Shown here piece by piece: positions 47,870-49,575 of a DNA stretch of 49,575 bases. The DNA is from Malacoraja senta (taxonomy: Eukaryota). The notes under the pieces were generated by a model. That model saw nothing but the letters and a program-made list of their open reading frames with translations. It did not search any database and was not told where the DNA came from. The position numbers and the translations under genes are program-made. Positions within the stretch are counted from its first letter, which is position 1; every line of letters begins with the position of its first letter. The stretch is from assembly GCA_038087875.1 (NCBI GenBank), contig CM075993.1, forward strand, positions 12,340,001 through 12,389,575. Reading direction: 5' to 3'.

Positions 47870-49575
47870 CCGCTAGATTCCTCTCATCATCATATACACC
47901 TCTATAAGATCACCCTTCTTCCTCCTGCCCGCGCTTCAAGGAATAGGGTCCCTGCCTACTCAACCACTCCACACAGGCCAGACCCTGGCTGCTGCATCCT
48001 TGTAAAAATGTATCTGTAAAGTTTCTAGTTTCGCAAAATCTTTCCAATAACACAGTACCCAGAACTGAATACAATACTTCAAATGCGGCCTCACTAAGGT
48101 CTTATACAACTGCAACATGACCTGCCAACCTCTATACTCAATACTCTGCCTGGTAAAGGCCAATGTGCCAAAAGCATTTTTGACCATCCGATCTACAGCA
48201 ACTGCGATTCCACCTTCAAGGAACTGTGCACCGGCACTCCAAGATAGAAACATAGAAACATAGAAAATAGGTGCAGGAGGAGGCCATTCGACCCTTCGAG
48301 TCAGCACCGCCATTCATTGTGATCATTGCTGATCGTCCCCTATCAATAACCCGTGCCTGCCTTCTCCCCATTTCCCTTGACTCCACTAGCCCCTAGAGCT
48401 TTATCTAACTCTCTCTTAAATCCATCCAGTGACTTGGCCTCCACTGCCCTCTGTGGCAGGGAATTCCATAAATTCACAACTCTCTGGTGAAAAAGTTTTT
48501 TCTCACCTCAGTCTTAAATGACCTCCCCTTTATTCTAAGACTGTGGCCCCTGGTTCTGGATTCTCCCAACATTGGGAACATTTTTCCTGCAACTAGCTTG
48601 TCCAGTCCTTTTATAATTTTATATGTTTCTATAAGATACCTCTCATCCTTCTAAACTCCAGTGAATACAAGCCTAGTGTTTTCAATCTTTCCTCATATGA
48701 CAGTCCCGCCATCCCAGGGATCAATCTCGTGAACCTATTGCTGCACTGCTTCAATCACAAGGATGTCCTTCCTCAAATTAGGAGACCAAAGCTGTACACA
48801 ATACTCCAGATGTGGTCTCACCAGAGCCTTATACAACTGCAGAAGAACCTCTTTACTCCTATACTGAAATCCTCTTGTTATGAAGGCCAACATTCCATTA
48901 GCTTTCTTCACTGCCTGCTGGACCTGTAAGCCAACTTTCAGTGACCGGTGTACAAGGACGCCCAGGTCTCGCTGCACCTCCCCCTTACCTAACCTAACCC
49001 CATTGAGTTAATAATCTGCCCCCTTGTTTTTGCTGCCAAAGTGGATAACCTCACATTTATCTATATTATACTGCATCTGCCACGCATCTGCCCACTCACT
49101 CAACCTGTCCAGGTCACCCTGCAACCTCCTAACATTATGTTCACAGTTCACACTGCCACCTAGCTTTGTGTCATCCACAAACTTGCTAGTGTTGCTCCTA
49201 ATTCCCTCTTCCAAATCCCTCTGCTCTACAATTGTACCTCGAGCCCTACCATTCACTGTGTAGATCCTCCCCATGTTAGACTTCCCAAAATGCAATACCT
49301 CACAATTCTCTGCATTAAATTCCATCAACCAGTCCCCAGCACACTTGGCCAATCGATTAAGATCCTACTGCAATAAATCACAACCATCATCACTATCTGT
49401 AAAACCACCCACTTTTGTATCATCTGCAAACTTGCTAAACTTGCTATTTAAATTCTCATCGAAATCATTGATGTAGATGACAAACAGTAACGGGCCCAGC
49501 ATTGAACACTGAGGCACACCACTAGTCACAGGCTTCCAGTCTGAGAAGCAACCTTCTTTCCACCATCACCCTCTG
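47870..49575 (-). mobile_element. CR1 fragment with nested younger CR1 (~48243-49215)
   Basis: RT ORFs 47960-48313, 48735-48977, 49008-49352; (CATAGAAA)n tail at 48243-48268. Confidence 0.9.

Overview
Eukaryotic, repeat-dominated window, most likely from a cartilaginous fish such as a skate or ray (inferred from an HE1/V-SINE-like head, CR1 families with (TTTCTATG)n tails and Neptune-type Penelope tails). The only confidently recognised host gene is the last coding exon of LACTB (3690-4266, +). Most of the rest is nested transposable elements: a Neptune-type Penelope element with a hammerhead-like motif, many CR1 LINEs (one 5'-intact with an esterase ORF1), Rex1 and L1 fragments, two Harbinger-type MITEs (TAA TSD), a probable solo LTR, and five DIRS tyrosine-recombinase retrotransposon copies (A-E). 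DIRS A and B are complete, with inverted terminal repeats (ITR), an internal complementary region (ICR) and an exact ATT crossover, inside a five-level nest. The best leads are: (1) DIRS copies whose ORFs are more decayed than the young CR1 they sit in but whose termini are intact, suggesting non-autonomous DIRS mobilised in trans via shared termini; (2) a dispersed hammerhead-bearing Penelope-tail family; (3) an unrecognised, apparently degraded multi-exon secreted-protein-like gene at 44.4-45.4 kb with a duplicated exon at 47.7 kb. All alignments were done by eye; no searches were run.
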